The notes beneath the pieces are model-generated. The model saw nothing but the letters and a program-made list of their open reading frames with translations, was not told where the DNA came from and did no database searches. Below, piece by piece: positions 13,698-34,023 of a stretch of DNA of 64,000 bases (its first letter is position 1; the number at the start of each line of letters is the position of its first letter). Source of the stretch: Eledone cirrhosa (taxonomy: Eukaryota); the NCBI GenBank assembly GCA_964016885.1, contig OZ024745.1, positions 44,826,001 to 44,890,000 of the forward strand, read 5' to 3'. Position numbers and translations under genes: made by a program.

Positions 13698-13942
13698 TAC
13701 CACAACATCCAGTCCTAAATAAATGAGGTCGTGTAGGTGTCACGACAAAAAAACACACAGTCTACGCTGTAATGTGGCCGTGTAGGTAACACGGTAAAAA
13801 CCTCCGGTCCACACTGTAAACGTGGTTGGTGTTAGGAAGGGCAGACAGTCCTATACGAACGAGACGACCAATCTTGCCTCAAGTGGGACAATTCACGTCT
13901 AACCCATGCTAGCGTGGATGATAGACGTTAAACGATGATGAT
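13698..13942 (+). mobile_element. 5'-truncated copy of the RTE1-type 3' UTR with (GAT)n tail
   Basis: Matches the reverse complement of 34375-34650 and also 49458-49730. Confidence 0.8.
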
Positions 13943-15064
13943 ATATATATATATATATATATATAAAATCATCATCATTTAACGTCTGCTTTCCCTGCTA
14001 TCAAGGGTTGGACAAGTCTGTTGTCCATTGAATTCTAGTTGTAAATTTTCACCGTTGAAAAGAAATCTCATTAATTTTCCCTGTCTATTCAGGCTGGCAT
14101 TACAAGAATTCTACCTTAATGTGTGAAATTACATTGCTATCAAGGTGGCTGACAAGGTAATGAGGCATTGTCTGTTTGTGTTGTCACTGTGCAATTTCTG
14201 CTTATATAGACACACACACACATTAAACGATGGTGATGATGAATACATGAATACGGGGGATCCCCCCAAAATGTATACACACTTTGATTACCTGTATAGG
14301 CAATATTTATTAGAATGCACAGCCTTTGTGTATACATTTTTCAAACTTGGTTAAGATATACCAAGAAAATTTCAGGTGATCTATTTTTTGTTTTTATTAA
14401 TTTGAATCTAGTCTGTTTGCTATTTAAATGAAGCTTTATTGAAACAAAATCTGTTACACATTTCTATCCAAATTCTCTTCATTAGAAACATGCCCAGAAG
14501 CAACTTAAGAAACCCAGTTATTGCTTCTTCATTGGCTACAAAGGTGTTCTCTCTCTTGGTTTCATCAAATTCTTTGTTGTACGAAACAGTTATTTAACTT
14601 TCTCCACTGTTCTCCCATTCTTACTTCTCCATGTGCTCTATCTATTTCAGTCTCTCTTCTTTTCTCTTTTTATCTCTCTCCCATCTCTCATCATATGCTA
14701 TACACTCTATTCCTTTCATTCTCTCTCTTCTTCTTTGACCACTCTTCCGTTCTTTAAGAGGTTTTGTTTAACCTGACTCTTTGCTATGATCGATGTAGCA
14801 GCTAGCTATTTTACAGCTATTTCCCTGTTCCAGATTACTACAATTTTATGAAATAATTCTTTTTGTTATATTGATTTTTTTTCTCTACCAATATTTGTCC
14901 ATCTTCAGTTTCATCATCATAATCATCATTGTTTAACGTCCATATTCCACATTAGCATGGGTTAGACGGGTTGTCCTATTCGAAGCAAGCTGAGGTCAGA
15001 TGACTGTCTTGCTCATACATAGCCGATTTTGGCTTGGTTTCTATGGCTGGATGCCCTTCCTAAC

Positions 15065-15105
<41 letters not shown>

Positions 15106-17187
15106 GAGAGAGACAGAGAGAGAGACAGTCATTCAACTTCTTGAAGTAGCAGCTACACCTCTCTGAAACTATATCTTACCACCTTATATGCAGATGATGC
15201 AGTCATCTCTACAAAACGCACCTATTGCTCTGAATAATTCTTGTTAAGAATAGAGCCTGACAATGAGCTAGCCCCAAAACAGTGGTCATGCATGTTGGTT
15301 GTGTGACTCCACCACCAATCAATATTGATCTGACTCAGATCAATTTTATACAACTGTATGAAAGTTTATTTAGTTTTACTCAAAGTGACAGAACATTAAA
15401 GGGAGATAAAGAAAAGGGGTGACAGGATTGGTGGAGCATCAGATAAAATGCCTTTGTAGTATTTGTTCTAGGTCTTTGCAATCTCAGTTCAAATCCCATC
15501 GAGATCAATTTGACTGCTCATCCCTATGTTGTCTGTAAATATCAAGTGTTTTTATCCTGTTTCGCTACAATGAAACAGACTTATGATCAAAAACATTCTA
15601 GACATGATTCACCTATCCCCAATAGCACTTTATTTTTAAGATGATTGGGTGTTATTTGAGTCAGGTTTTAGTTCGATTTTCTCGCAGATTGAGTAATCGT
15701 CCAATGGTTTTTTTAAATTGACTGAATCCTTCCCCAATAATTGCGATCTTGTAATGTTAGAAATCAATATTTGATGACAGTAAAAACAAATGTTTCTTCA
15801 CAGAAAAAGAATATACCCATATCTACATTCCACCTCTTATGAATGATTGTCAATTTATCTACACAATCTCATAGATGTCTTTATTCTTATTGGCAAAATC
15901 ATTCTTTTTACATCTATGTTACTAATGATAAACTAACATCATCACCATCATTGTTTAATGTCCACTTTCTCTGCTAGTAAGGTTTGGATGTGTCATCACA
16001 GACTGATCAGTACTCCAGCAGAGCTACAGGCCTCTTAAAGGGACTGGGGGAGGGGGTCTACATCTTGTTCACATAATATATATATATTCCCATATTTTAT
16101 CAATTGCTCTGATGAGCCAGGGACCTCACATCTCATTTACATACAATCCCATGTGCTACCAAGTGTATTTTATTGTTGGCACTAGCACTTAGAAAGGTGT
16201 CATGTCCATAAGAAAGTCTGATTGATATAGCCTTTCTTAAGCTGAACAATCTCCAATTCCTTTGTTGTATATTTCTCTCCATTGATACTGCTATTCTAAT
16301 CATCTCTCTACTCCACTTGAAACATAATCCTTTCATTTACCCTTGTTTCACATCAGCCTTGCCGTGTTTCTCTCTTAATGCTATTATCATCAGTTCTTCA
16401 TTTTCAGAACATAGCCTTGCAAAATGTATCCCACAATATACTGGCCTCTAATTCTTCAAGCTTCTCTATTATACCAACCCTGCCATTTTTTACTCACAAT
16501 TCTCTATTCTCTAGAACCAAGACAACCCTGACAGGCAGTGTTTATTTACTAAGTTTCATGTGTACATCAATAGTTCATGTAGTGTACTGCTCCTTGTATA
16601 GGACTATTATTAGGCATCATGTGCAAGTATTATTTACCACAGCCTTGAGTTGACTTGTGCCTTATGTGTGAAATCGGGTAGACAGATACTGTTTGAAAGC
16701 CCTTTGGCTAGGCTGTACTTGTAATTTAAAGGACCAGCCTTGCCACATATTGTGTTACACTGAATCTCCCTGATAATTGCTTTTAGGGTACCTGCATCTA
16801 TGGAGAATGTTCAACCACTTACGTCAATTTCACAAGCAGGCTGCTCCATTGATCAAACAATTAGAATATTCATTGTTGTAACAGATGGAGTTTCATTCCT
16901 TGTATAGAATTTATTTGATCATTACTAATTTAATTTTATTTGGATGTACCCAAACATCATTAACACTGCTTCTTGTATAGCATGTTTTACTGCTGTAGAA
17001 CGATATCAAGTTGCTATGAATTTTGTCCTATCTCTGTAGATTTTTGTTAGTAGCAGATGTTATTAATGTGGCCAATCAATTCCTTATTATGGTTTATTTC
17101 GATTTTCAGTGGGAGAGTATTCGTCAGATGTCATGTTCTTCTTTTCGTTTTTGTATTCCCTGACCTACTTTTCTTCATACCATAGAC

Positions 17188-17516
17188 CAGAGGTTCTCAA
17201 ATTGGCGTTGCGAAGGCCCAGGGAATGTTGAGGCCTAAGTGGGCGGTGGCAGTTCGGTAGAGATGATATAATAGTATATTGAATATCAAATGATACGTAT
17301 TATATATAAATATAGTAAAATAAAATATATTTAATATCTATTTATACATAGTATAAATTATATTATTTATTATATATAAATTAACGATTTTATTATATAT
17401 TGTTTATAATTTGCGTGTAGGTCTCTCTGGAAATAGGGTGGGGGGGGGGGGGGGGGCGCTGAGGGTATTACGTGGCCGTGAGGAGGGCGGTGGCCCCAAA
17501 AGTTTGAGAACCTCTG
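17188..17516. mobile_element. hAT-like MITE
   Basis: TIR CAGAGGTTCTCAAA / TTTGAGAACCTCTG; 8-bp TSD CCATAGAC / CCTTAGAC (1 mismatch). Confidence 0.85.
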
Positions 17517-17723
17517 CCTTAGACTATGTCAGATAGCGTCATTAAATTGACCATAGTAGTTGATTATTGTTGTGGTGATAATCATAACAGCACCCAAATG
17601 TTCATCGTCCCTCTCTAATTTCCCCATGATTTGTTGTTATAGTTGACAACCATAACTTCCTAGCTGCACTTGCTACTTTTGAAGTATATTAACGACTCTT
17701 TATACACCATTGTTGCCTCCACT

Positions 17724-17891
17724 CAGTGCCGTCTTTAGGAAATGCGGCCCTGTGCTAGTTAATTTATGAGGCCTCTTACTTGGGCCCTGAAGGAAGTAAG
17801 CATTTTTTTTGACCGGAAGATGGGCCCCTTTACTTGGTCAACGGGGCCTTATGTTTAAGCACACCTAAGCACAAGGGTAAATCCGACACTG
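17724..17891. mobile_element. hAT-like MITE, older
   Basis: Ends CAGTGCCG / CGACACTG; candidate 8-bp TSD CCTCCACT / CCTGCACG (2 mismatches). Confidence 0.55.
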
Positions 17892-18489
17892 CCTGCACGT
17901 TGTCTCTTTCTCTTTATCTTCTCTATTTTTTCTGTTCTCTCTTCACTTGTATTTTGTTGTTGCTGCCGTCGTACCCACTCTAGTAATTTCCCATCTTTTA
18001 ATCTGCTTAACAAAATAAAAAATAAAAAAACTCACTTCCATACTCAGCTCTCATTTAAAGTGATTTCCATTGCACTTTTGATACTCACTTTAGCCTTTTT
18101 CTATTTATACTTAATGTATCGAACTTTATTTACTATATTTTGTTGCTCGTGTCTTTAGTGCTTTCTGCCTACTCTTCTTGCTTACACTCCATTCAGTTCC
18201 CCACCCACTCCACCACCGTTTCTCTACAGTCTGTTTACTACCTGTCATTGCTATCTCTCATGTCTCATACTCTCTCGCACCACGCCTCAAGATATCACCA
18301 CCTCCCGTCATGCTTCTTCCATGCGATATCATTGCTGTCTTACCTCTCTCTCTCCTACGATATTACACCTCTCTCACGATATTACCCCCTTCTCTCTCCC
18401 ACCCCTCTCACGCTATTACCTTCTCTCTCTCCCACCTCACAATATTACCACCCCTCTCTCCCACCTTACAATATTACCCCCTCATCGAG

Positions 18490-18685
18490 CAATCCACCGT
18501 CTTTCTGACTTTACAGAGGAAATCAGCAGTGTGGGGACCAAGGACGCCAGAGATCTCGACGAAAACCCATGCAAAGAGGAAGCGGTCGGTCAGACTGTGG
18601 TATTTGACTATCTTCCTCTCCTCAGCATTGCGAGCAGCGGAGCCTGGGTCTGTGGTCGAAGAAACGAGGTTGGAGCTCCTGTCTA
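18490..18685 (-). pseudogene. CRE-like RLE retrotransposon C-terminal fragment, different subfamily
   Basis: ORF 18474-18755 contains PGSAARNAEERKIVKYHSLTDRFLFAWVFVEISGVLGPHTADFL, which fits the G.AA..AE..K..KY..L....F....ET.G..G motif. Confidence 0.7.
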
Positions 18686-21234
18686 AAAATATAGCTTCTC
18701 TTTTTTTTAATTCATCTCTCCTTTTCTCGTCCTCTTTCTCGTCTCTTACAATCACTGTTTTTTTTTATTCGTCTTCCACGATGTCACCTTCCCCCTTTCA
18801 GCTCATATCTCGCTTTATTTTCCCCCCTGATCTCTCTCTTTCTCGCCATATTTCTTACCATTAGTTCAACCCCTTCCCCCAGCCTTGTTTTTCTCTTGTC
18901 CTGGTCCTTTATTTGTATGTATTTTTAGTGAACCGTGAAATAAAGTTCTTTACATAACATACATTATTTGGATCTATTATCCACTTTCATCTAGCAGTGT
19001 TTGTTCTGTTCTTTGAAACAACCTCACAAGATCATTTGATAGCAAGAAAGGCCTCTCCATTCTTATGTTTATTGTGTTTTAACACGTGTTCCTGCGTACA
19101 GACATTGTAATTCCCCGCCTACTCTTTCGTTGGACTAATTTCTCTGCGAAATTTTGGGTTTTGAAAGAGGAAGCAACATAAAACGAATCAAAGAAAGAAA
19201 ATAGACCGCGTTCGCTGATGTTTTGACTTTTGTTAATTATGGGTGTACTTCATTTCCCTGAACCTGACATATGAGAATCTCTGAGGTTATTTGTTTTGGG
19301 CCAAACATGACATTAAAAACCCACGGAAACAAGTTGTTTTGTCGACAGCAACATCAGCAGTAGCTCGCTATTGTTATTTGAAATCTTAATTACCAGCCTG
19401 TCTAGTTAGCTTTGTCGGTGTTATCTTCATTAAAGAAATGTGGAAGTATAGTATTTGTTTAGCTTTAAGTCAACCCAATTCAAGCAACCATATGATCAAA
19501 GAAGGGCATTGCAGTCATGACCACTTTGTATCCAACTATTACGTTTTACAACGTATCATTCCTTTTTAAAAGGAGGTAAGGTATAATTTGAAGGGGATTT
19601 GAATACTATTTTTAGCAGGTCGGACGATAGCATAGATGCTATCTAAAGTTATTGTTTCGCCCTTTGACAACCTTAATCGTGCAGACATATGATAAAAGGC
19701 ATCCCAGTCGTGATCATCCAGATAGGCGCATCTGAGGAAGATTTGGCTACTATTTCTCTCAGATCGAGCGATCACGTTGAGGCTCTTTCATTGGCGTGTT
19801 CAAAGTTTGTGATGGTGGTGTCTTCATTTTTGTTTTTATTGTCGTTTTAGACATAAGCTTTCCCCCCACATTTCTGTTTATTTATTCAATACACAAAATC
19901 TCTCAATGTCATGAAAACTCATTGACATTATATAAAGATAATTGAGCAGTATCAAATAAAACCACTTTTAAAGGGAACAGAAAAAAAAAGAAAATGAAAA
20001 GAAGAAAAAGAAAGCAGGATCAGACGGCGAAAGAAAGAGAAAGGGAGATAGACTACATCTCAGTCTGAGCGGTGCCCCAGCCGCACGCAGCAGACAAAAT
20101 GGCAAAAGCGTTACCGCGGAGAATGGCTAGGGATACCCACTCGACAGTCCTTCTTCATCACCTAACTTGCAGGACTTAAACAAACGTCACTACTTTCTTA
20201 AACGGTATCAATGTAATGACTTGGAGACAGACGGCCACATGCTCATGTTATATAGAAATTCAAGCTAAACATCAATCGTTCCCTTTCTCTGTTTTTACCT
20301 CAGACAACTCGCATCATATTTATAATATCAAATACTTGAAAACAGCATGCAATGGCATGGCAACACAGTTTTATTCTATAGCAGGCATAGGCAACCCTTT
20401 TTGAGCAGTGGATCGCATAGCATATAGTGCATCACAAGGAATGTCACACTTTAAAAAAAATTCAAGGCAATTTTGAAATTAGGTACGCCATTCAGAAAGC
20501 CAAACAGGCTGCAGTTTGTCTATGGCTGTTCTGCAACAGCTTCTTGGACCTCCGTCGGTTTCGACGATGAGTGTTTCAGTTCGATTTACAAGATAGTCTG
20601 GTCATGAGATGAACAAATACGTGAACCCATAACGTAATGCGTCAAGTCTGGTTCATTGAATTACACATACATTCCCATCCAACGGGCTTCCAAAACAGTT
20701 TCCATCTACCCAACATCACTCACAATGCATGGGTCGACCCAACATTATGGTAAATAGTACAAGGTACACTGTGAGATAGAGCCTGAAACCTAATGATTGC
20801 AAAGCAAATGTCTTAACCATTCGGCCATTGCAATACTACTGACCCCTCCGCTCTGTATATCCCAGGCTTTATAATTTCTGTTGATTTTCCGTGTCAACTA
20901 CATGTTTACAGCATTAACAAAGATTAAACTTACTTTTCAGCACCAGAATATACTTCAGAGTTCAACTATTGTTAATACTCTATAAATTACTTGTGCAGCA
21001 AGTGCAGCTGCAAAACATACGAACATTCTCGACTGCATTCGTATTAAAACTTATACTCCAATATTTCTTGTTTGTATTTCGATTTTAAAAATGATTTATG
21101 AAATTGCTTCTTTCTTTGAAAATTTAGACCTTAAAATATATCTAAATATATGCACTCCTTTTAAAAAGGAACGATACGTTGTAAAACGTAGTAGTCGTAG
21201 ATACAAAGTGGTCATGACTGCAATGCCCTTCTTT

Positions 21235-21725
21235 GATCATATGGCTGACAGATCTCAGTATTTGAGGGTCTTACTCCGCTCGGTTGCAGAAGCTGTGGCT
21301 CTCGTCCTAACCGCAGCATCCAGGATGTGGGAAAGAACAAAAGAGTCACTAACAGTGACGTCCCAGACAAGGCACCTGCCTCTCGACCAGGGGCACAGGT
21401 TAAGACCGTCAGGTCTTTTGCCGTCACTTCTGGACAACCCAAATGGTTCCAAGACTGAGGGGGATATTCGCCCGGGCCAAAGCTCTCTTCAGAATGAGGT
21501 TTAGCTCCGTGTGACGCGCGAAGCGGCCGGCATTCAGGCGACAAGAAAGACCGTGACGGCCTGTGGAGTCGAGGAGTTTGCCGCATCGGCACCTCAAACC
21601 CATGCAGACGTCAGCTCCCACTCTGAGGGCGATGGAGACAAAAGTATTTCAATCACCCTTGATATGTTGCAATTGAAAACAATAGGTTGGTAGTTGACAG
21701 GATTAAGGTTGTCTATGGTGTGTCA
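21235..21725 (-). pseudogene. CRE-like RLE retrotransposon fragment (CCHC knuckle plus RPDG endonuclease), frameshifted
   Basis: ORFs 21424-21621 (CRCGKLLDSTGRHGLSC...RFARHTELN) and 21255-21452 (EPFGLSRSDGKRPDGLNLCPWSRGRCLVWDVTVSDS...ERSKTLKY) overlap across a frameshift. Confidence 0.85.
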
Positions 21726-23572
21726 TACATTGTAGTGCGATTTAAAAAAAGGTAAATTTATAGAAAAGCACCCGCTCCCCTCCATTCCGTTTTCGGAAAA
21801 AGTCGATTATGAGCGTGTCGGTTAGATTAGTTGAAAACACAACATAAAGCAGCAACAAAAATCTCAACGAGCCCCACCGGGTACTTCTCTCTCTTTCTCC
21901 CCCCTCCCCCCTCTCTCTCTTTCTCCCCCCCCCTCTCTCCTTCTCCCCTCCCCCTCTCTCTCTTTCTCCCCCTCTCCCCCCCTCTCTAACACACATAAGA
22001 AAAGTATGTTTAAGGTCCGTTTTCCTTGCTAGCAGGGTTGAACAGACCGGATAGGTACTGAAGCAGCGCTACTAACCCCCATTGGATAGCCCGGGGCCAT
22101 GTATCTTGCTTGCATACGTTCCCACAAACCATACACTACTACAGAAATTATCTAATGAATAGCTTAGACCTTTTAATTTCTTTTTACTTTATCTAGGATT
22201 TTCTCAAGCATTTACAGTAATTAAATCTTATTAATCCTATTTCCTTGGGGAAACGGAATGTTTTGTAACTTTGGTGCTTACACTATTTGAACTGGAGAAC
22301 TTTCAACATATATTATAAAGAAATGAAAAGTACAGCTGCCACTTGAAATTGAAACATGTTCAATGTTGTTCCTTAATCAGGAATGTTTACTGTTGCAAGC
22401 TGTAGGAGAGGTGTTATCTTTCCCCTAGTTGCATATATGAAAGGCAGAGGAGAAAGTAATGTTTCTTTTTTTCTTCACAGTAAACATCCGGGCTATAGGT
22501 TCTGAAAATGTTAACTCCTGTGTAGAACTTAGATTTTTTTTTTAAGGCTTAGAAGAAAATTTATCTTATAGTATGTATGTCTATAATGTATATATATTAA
22601 GTTTAGATTTCAAGTGTCTTTTAAATGGGGATGCTTGCACAATTGTGTTAAAGCATGCTTGTGTTTACGCGCACATGTCAATTGCTATTGGGTTGTATGT
22701 ATGGAGACAATGGGTGGATAGGAAATTAAAGTTAATGCTGTCGGAATACGATAATATTTGCGATGTAGAAAGAGAGGTTTCGCTGTCCACTCATTAGCTT
22801 TGACACTGCAGTCATTTAAATTCGTGAGAATCACCAGGATTCAGTAGTTTTTATTTTCTATGTTACATGGGACACTGAGCTTGTTCGTTTTATTTCTGAC
22901 AAATGAGAGCGAACACAACATGAAATGAGTGTTCGTCACACATTTTCTCCTATTAAACTTCCTCTCTTTACGTCACTGACACCCCAACTCACTGCTCCAA
23001 TCCAATATGGGTGCGGTCCTTACCGATTTATCTCATATTCGCCTTTCTCTTTTCTCTCTCTTTTAATGCTTATAGATTTTCCCTCCTCTTTCTTCTTTCT
23101 CCATTTTCTTTCCTCTTTCTTTCTACAATCCTTCTCCACGTTCTTTCTTTCTCTAGTGGAAACATTACCTTTAACTATTCTGTCTTATTTCAACATAATT
23201 GTTTTTGAAATCAATATCTTTAACACCAAATACTGACCTTTCCACAAAACTGACATGGCTCCCACTTAATTTTGCTTCGTAATTCTCACTAGTTGTGTCC
23301 AAATATACTTTTGTGTTTTACCCACAGAAGTTTTTTGATGTTTAAATGTTGTTGTATGTAAACGTTCCATCTAATGGAATGTTTGTGTTGAAATACGTAT
23401 GACTTTGTTCCGTCCGCAGGGGTATTTTGTTCAATTTGTAAGTTATTATTTATAACAATCAACCATGGTTACAGTTATTTTTTGCGTTTGGGGTTCCTAA
23501 ATTTTCTAAGACTTTCAGAATTTTCCAACGCTGCAATACTAATATATATATATATATATATTTATATATATG

Positions 23573-23605
<33 letters not shown>

Positions 23606-23645
23606 ATATATGTATGTATATATGTATGTATGTATATATGTATGT

Positions 23646-23948
23646 TATGTCAGGTCACCAGCTGGTGCTACTGGTAACATGTATCCTAGTACAACCTGTC
23701 TCATGGTCGGGTCGTTGGCGACTAAACTGGCATTGCTTTATATCTGGAGATCTCTCTACACTTGTCGTCATATGGTAACATGAGCCCAGCACTATGTGTC
23801 AATAATTGTCATAAGTGTAGTGTTTGTACCAGAGTTTTCAAGTCACTGGCTGGACTAAAACGTCACACTCGTTCAGCGTATCAGTAGGGGTTCTCTTACA
23901 TGGATATAAAGTAGTGGCCGGACTCGAAAACGAGTTGGCAGCCACCAT
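23646..23948 (+). mobile_element. Non-autonomous RTE-derived element X, copy 1 (310-bp internal deletion)
   Basis: Matches 24035-24107 joined directly to 24418-24632 at a GGCA microhomology. Confidence 0.8.
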
Positions 23949-23985
23949 ATATATATATGTGTATGTATGTATATATATATGTATA

Positions 23986-24018
<33 letters not shown>

Positions 24019-24034
24019 ATATGTATGTATATAT

Positions 24035-24632
24035 AGTTGGTGCTACTGGTAACATGTATCCCAGTACAACCTGTCTCATGGTCGGGTCGTTGGCGACTAA
24101 ACTGGCAACCCCACCAAGGTTTCTTGGTGAGGAGGGTGACTTTGGACATCCTGCAGGACTAAAAACAAAACCTGTCAAAGGGCAAGGGAGCTCTTAAGAC
24201 TCAATAGCCATCCAAAATCACCGGGAGAGATGACCCCTTAGCCTTTGTCAAGGCAGAATTCTAGGAGAAGGAAAACTCTGATATAACACCTGCAACCCTG
24301 ATGGTATCCAATGATGTTGACTTGTTCTTCTTTTTGGTAAATATCATCTTGGTTAAGAGAGTGGGACTGGCTTTGTGCAGTGCCTTTGCTCACTATAAAA
24401 GCTTCACAGCACAGGCATTGCTTTATATCTGGAGATCTCTCTGCACTTGTCATCACATGGTACCATGGGCCCTGCACTATGTGTCAATAATGGTCACAAG
24501 TGTAGTCTTTGTACCAGAGTTTTCAAGTCGCTGGCTGGACTAAAAAGTCACATTCGTTCAGCGCATCGGTAGGGGTTCTCCTACATGGATATAAAGTAGT
24601 GGCCGTACTCGAAAACGAGTTGGCAGCCACCA
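24035..24632 (+). mobile_element. Non-autonomous bipartite RTE-derived element X, copy 2 (RTE-like 5' UTR plus ORF C-terminus), (TATG)n tail
   Basis: Contains the RTE 5'-UTR-type motif CTAGGAGAAGGAAAACTCTGA. Its 3' part encodes [23 protein letters not shown] (24501-24572), a C-terminal C2H2 finger as in some RTEs. No RT coding sequence is present. Confidence 0.75.
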
Positions 24633-31010
<6,378 letters not shown>

Positions 31011-31011
31011 G

Positions 31012-31626
31012 TGACAGGTTTTGTTTTTAGTCCTGCAGGATGTCCAAAGTCACCCTCCTCACCAAGAAACCTTGGTGGGGTTGCCAGTTTAGTCGCCAAC
31101 GACCCGACCATGAGACAGGTTGTACTGGGATACATGTTACCAGTAGCACCAACTGGTGACCTGACATAGAAGGGCAAGGGAGCTCTTCAGAGTCAATTGC
31201 CATCCAAAATCACCAGGAGAGATGAACCCTTAGCCTTTGTCAAGGCAGAATTCTAGGAGAAGGAAAACTCTGATATAACACCTGCAACCCTGATTGTATC
31301 CAATGATGTTGACTTGTTCTTCTTTTTGGTAAATATCATCTTGGTTAAGAGAGTGGGACTGGCTTTGTGCAGTGCCTTTGCTCACTATAAAAGCTTCACA
31401 GCACAGGCATTGCTTTATATCTGGAGATCTCTCTGCACTTGTCATCACGTGGTACCATGGGCCCTGCACTATGTGTCAATAATGGTCACAAGTGTAGCCT
31501 TTTTACCAGAGTTTTCAAGTCGCTGGCTGGACTAAAAAGTCACACTCGTTCAGCACATCGGTAGGGGTTCTCCTACATGGATATAGAGTAGTGGCCGTAC
31601 TCGAAAACGAGTTGGCAACCACCATA
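31012..31626 (+). mobile_element. Element X, copy 3, with its 5' ~157 bp inverted
   Basis: 31012-31168 is the reverse complement of the element's 5' end; 31170-31626 is colinear with 24178-24632. Confidence 0.85.
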
Positions 31627-32036
31627 TATGTATGTATATATGTATGTATATATGTATGTATATATATATGTATGTATATATATATGTATATATATATGTA
31701 TGTATATATATGTATATATATCTGTATGTATATATATCTGTATGTATATATATCTGTATGTATATATGTATATATATATATATGTATATATATATGTATA
31801 TATGTATGTATATATGTATGTATATATGTATGTATATATATATATGTATATATGTATGTATATATGTATGTATATATGTATGTATATATATATGTGTATA
31901 TATATATGTATATATATATATGTATATATATATATGTATATATATATGTATGTATATATGTATGTATATATGTATGTATATATGTATGTATATATATATG
32001 TATATATATATATGTATATATATATATGTATATAAT
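31627..32036. repeat. (TATG)n/(TA)n microsatellite
   Basis: Direct reading. Confidence 0.95.
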
Positions 32037-33654
32037 ATAAGATCAAAAGATGGTTAAAGGAGTTCAATATATTTTATTATGCGCATTTCAAAAACAAACA
32101 TCATCAAACAATAATATTTGTGTTTTCATCAGATAAAACAGGAGAACATGATATGAAGGCTAAAAAAACACTTGTTGATAGTGCAGTTTTAAATCAACAT
32201 ATGAAAAGTGGTTTTAGATTGATGTGTGATATTGGGAAAAATATTTTATTTAGAGAGGGGGGGAGAGAAAAGGATGAAAAGGGAAGGAGATGAGAGGGAG
32301 AGATGGGTGATAGAGAGAAAGAGATAGTTTTTATAACAGAGAGGAGATATATTTTATATAGAGGGGTTGAAAGCCGTTGGAAGATACTGTATAAATTAAA
32401 AATTTTTGAAAATTAACGAAGGGAGGATATGTGCGAGGAAAAAATATATTATATTTAGGGAGGGGTGGGGGTGGAAAGGATGAAAAAAAGGGGGAGGAGA
32501 TGAGAGTGAAGGTGGAAAGGGAGAGATGGGTGATAGAGAGAAAGAGATAGTTTTTATAACTGAGAAAAAGATATAATGTTTTAATATAGAGAGGTTGGGA
32601 ACCGTTGGAAGATAATGTATAAATTAAAGGAATTTGAAAATTAACGAAGGGAAATTATGTATGGAGATAGAGAGAAAAAAATAACGAAGGGAGATTATGT
32701 ATGGAGATAGAGAGAAAAAAAAAAAATAATAATTGTGGGTGAATATTCAAAAGGAGAAATGTAGGAATCTTAAAATTAGTAAAGAGAAAATGTTTATGTA
32801 TAGGATTTGAGAAAAATAATGTGAAGTTAAAGTTTTTATATTGAATTCATATGTATTAATAATGAGTTCGTTGATGGGGAGAAAAAAATAATAATAATAA
32901 ATTAAGGATGAAATTGAGATTAAAAAGATTTATGATAGAGAGAAAAAATAATAATGATTGCGGATGAATACTCAAAATGTCAAAAACAAATGTTATTGTT
33001 TTACGAAGAGATATAATGAGGGTGATGAGTAAACGGGTATTATAGAGTGTATAATGCCCTTTAAAGTAAGGTAGATGGGTATATTTTAAAGAATATATGA
33101 GTATATATTAAAAAAAATATATAATAATAAATTAAGGATGAAATTGAGATTAAAAAGATTTATGATAGAGGGAAAAAAAATAATAATGATTGCGGATGAA
33201 TATTCAAAATGTCAAAAACAAATGTTATTGTTTTACGAGAAGATAGGATGAGGTAAATGAATAAACGAGTACTATAGAGTGTATAATGCCCTTTAAAGTA
33301 AGGTAGATGGGTATATTTTAAAGAGGTGTATGTATATGTGCCTTTGAGAAAAGATTCTAAATTGATAAAGAATTGAATATTAACTGTATACTTTGTGAAA
33401 AGTTCTATGGAATTTATGGAGGCAGATGGAAAACAAATCCGAGCGTCTATTTATTATGGATTCTAGGTTAGAGATAATGGTAAATTTTTCATTTAGGCAG
33501 AGATTACAGATTTTAGATAGAGAACTGTTCAAGTACGAGGATGCAGAAGAAATCTTTTTCCAAAAGATGGTATATTTAATGTTTTTGTCTTTTAAGGACC
33601 ATATGAGTTCTGAGAGAGCAGTGTTAGTTCTTTTAAGTTTGTATTTGAAAGATG
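32037..33654 (-). mobile_element. Penelope-like element 3' fragment PLE1 (GIY-YIG endonuclease C-terminus plus long 3' region with internal direct repeats and HHR)
   Basis: 33380-33654 (-) encodes [35 protein letters not shown]...[13 protein letters not shown]...[12 protein letters not shown], matching the PLE endonuclease C-terminal pattern. ~230-bp duplications at 32882/33112; HHR and AATAAA near the 3' end; (TA)n on both sides. Confidence 0.8.
32072..32138 (-). ncRNA. Type I hammerhead ribozyme (PLE-type, short palindromic stem III)
   Basis: Minus strand: UUUUAU-CUGAUGA-aaacacaaauauuauu(guuu)gaugauguuuguuuuu-GAAA-ugcgca-UA-AUAAAA. Stem I has 6 bp; stem II has 16 positions with 1 mismatch; the core is intact. 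Confidence 0.8.
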
Positions 33655-33976
33655 AATATATATATATATGTATATATATATATATGTATATATATATGTA
33701 TATATATATATGTATATATATATGTATATGTATATATGTATGTATATATGTATGTATATATGTATGTATATATGTATGTATATATATATGTATGTATATA
33801 TGTATGTATATATGTATGTATATATGTATGTATATATGTATGTATATATATATGTATATATATATGTATATATGTATATATGTATATGTATATATGTATA
33901 TGTATATATATATGTATATATGTATATATATATGTATATATGTATATGTATATATATATATGTATATATATATATG

Positions 33977-34023
<47 letters not shown>

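Noticed and set aside
16109-16140. CTGATGAG motif
   Set aside because: There is no downstream stem II or GAAA.
18140-18508. S/L/P-rich overlapping ORFs
   Set aside because: They are CT-rich degenerate tandem repeat plus the antisense of a CRE-like fragment.
24035-24110. HDV-like ribozyme at the 5' end of element X (GTCG-TTGG-CGAC-TAAACTGG)
   Set aside because: P2/P3/P4-like pairings can be drawn, but no P1 3' strand could be placed by eye; it needs an RNArobo or Infernal search.
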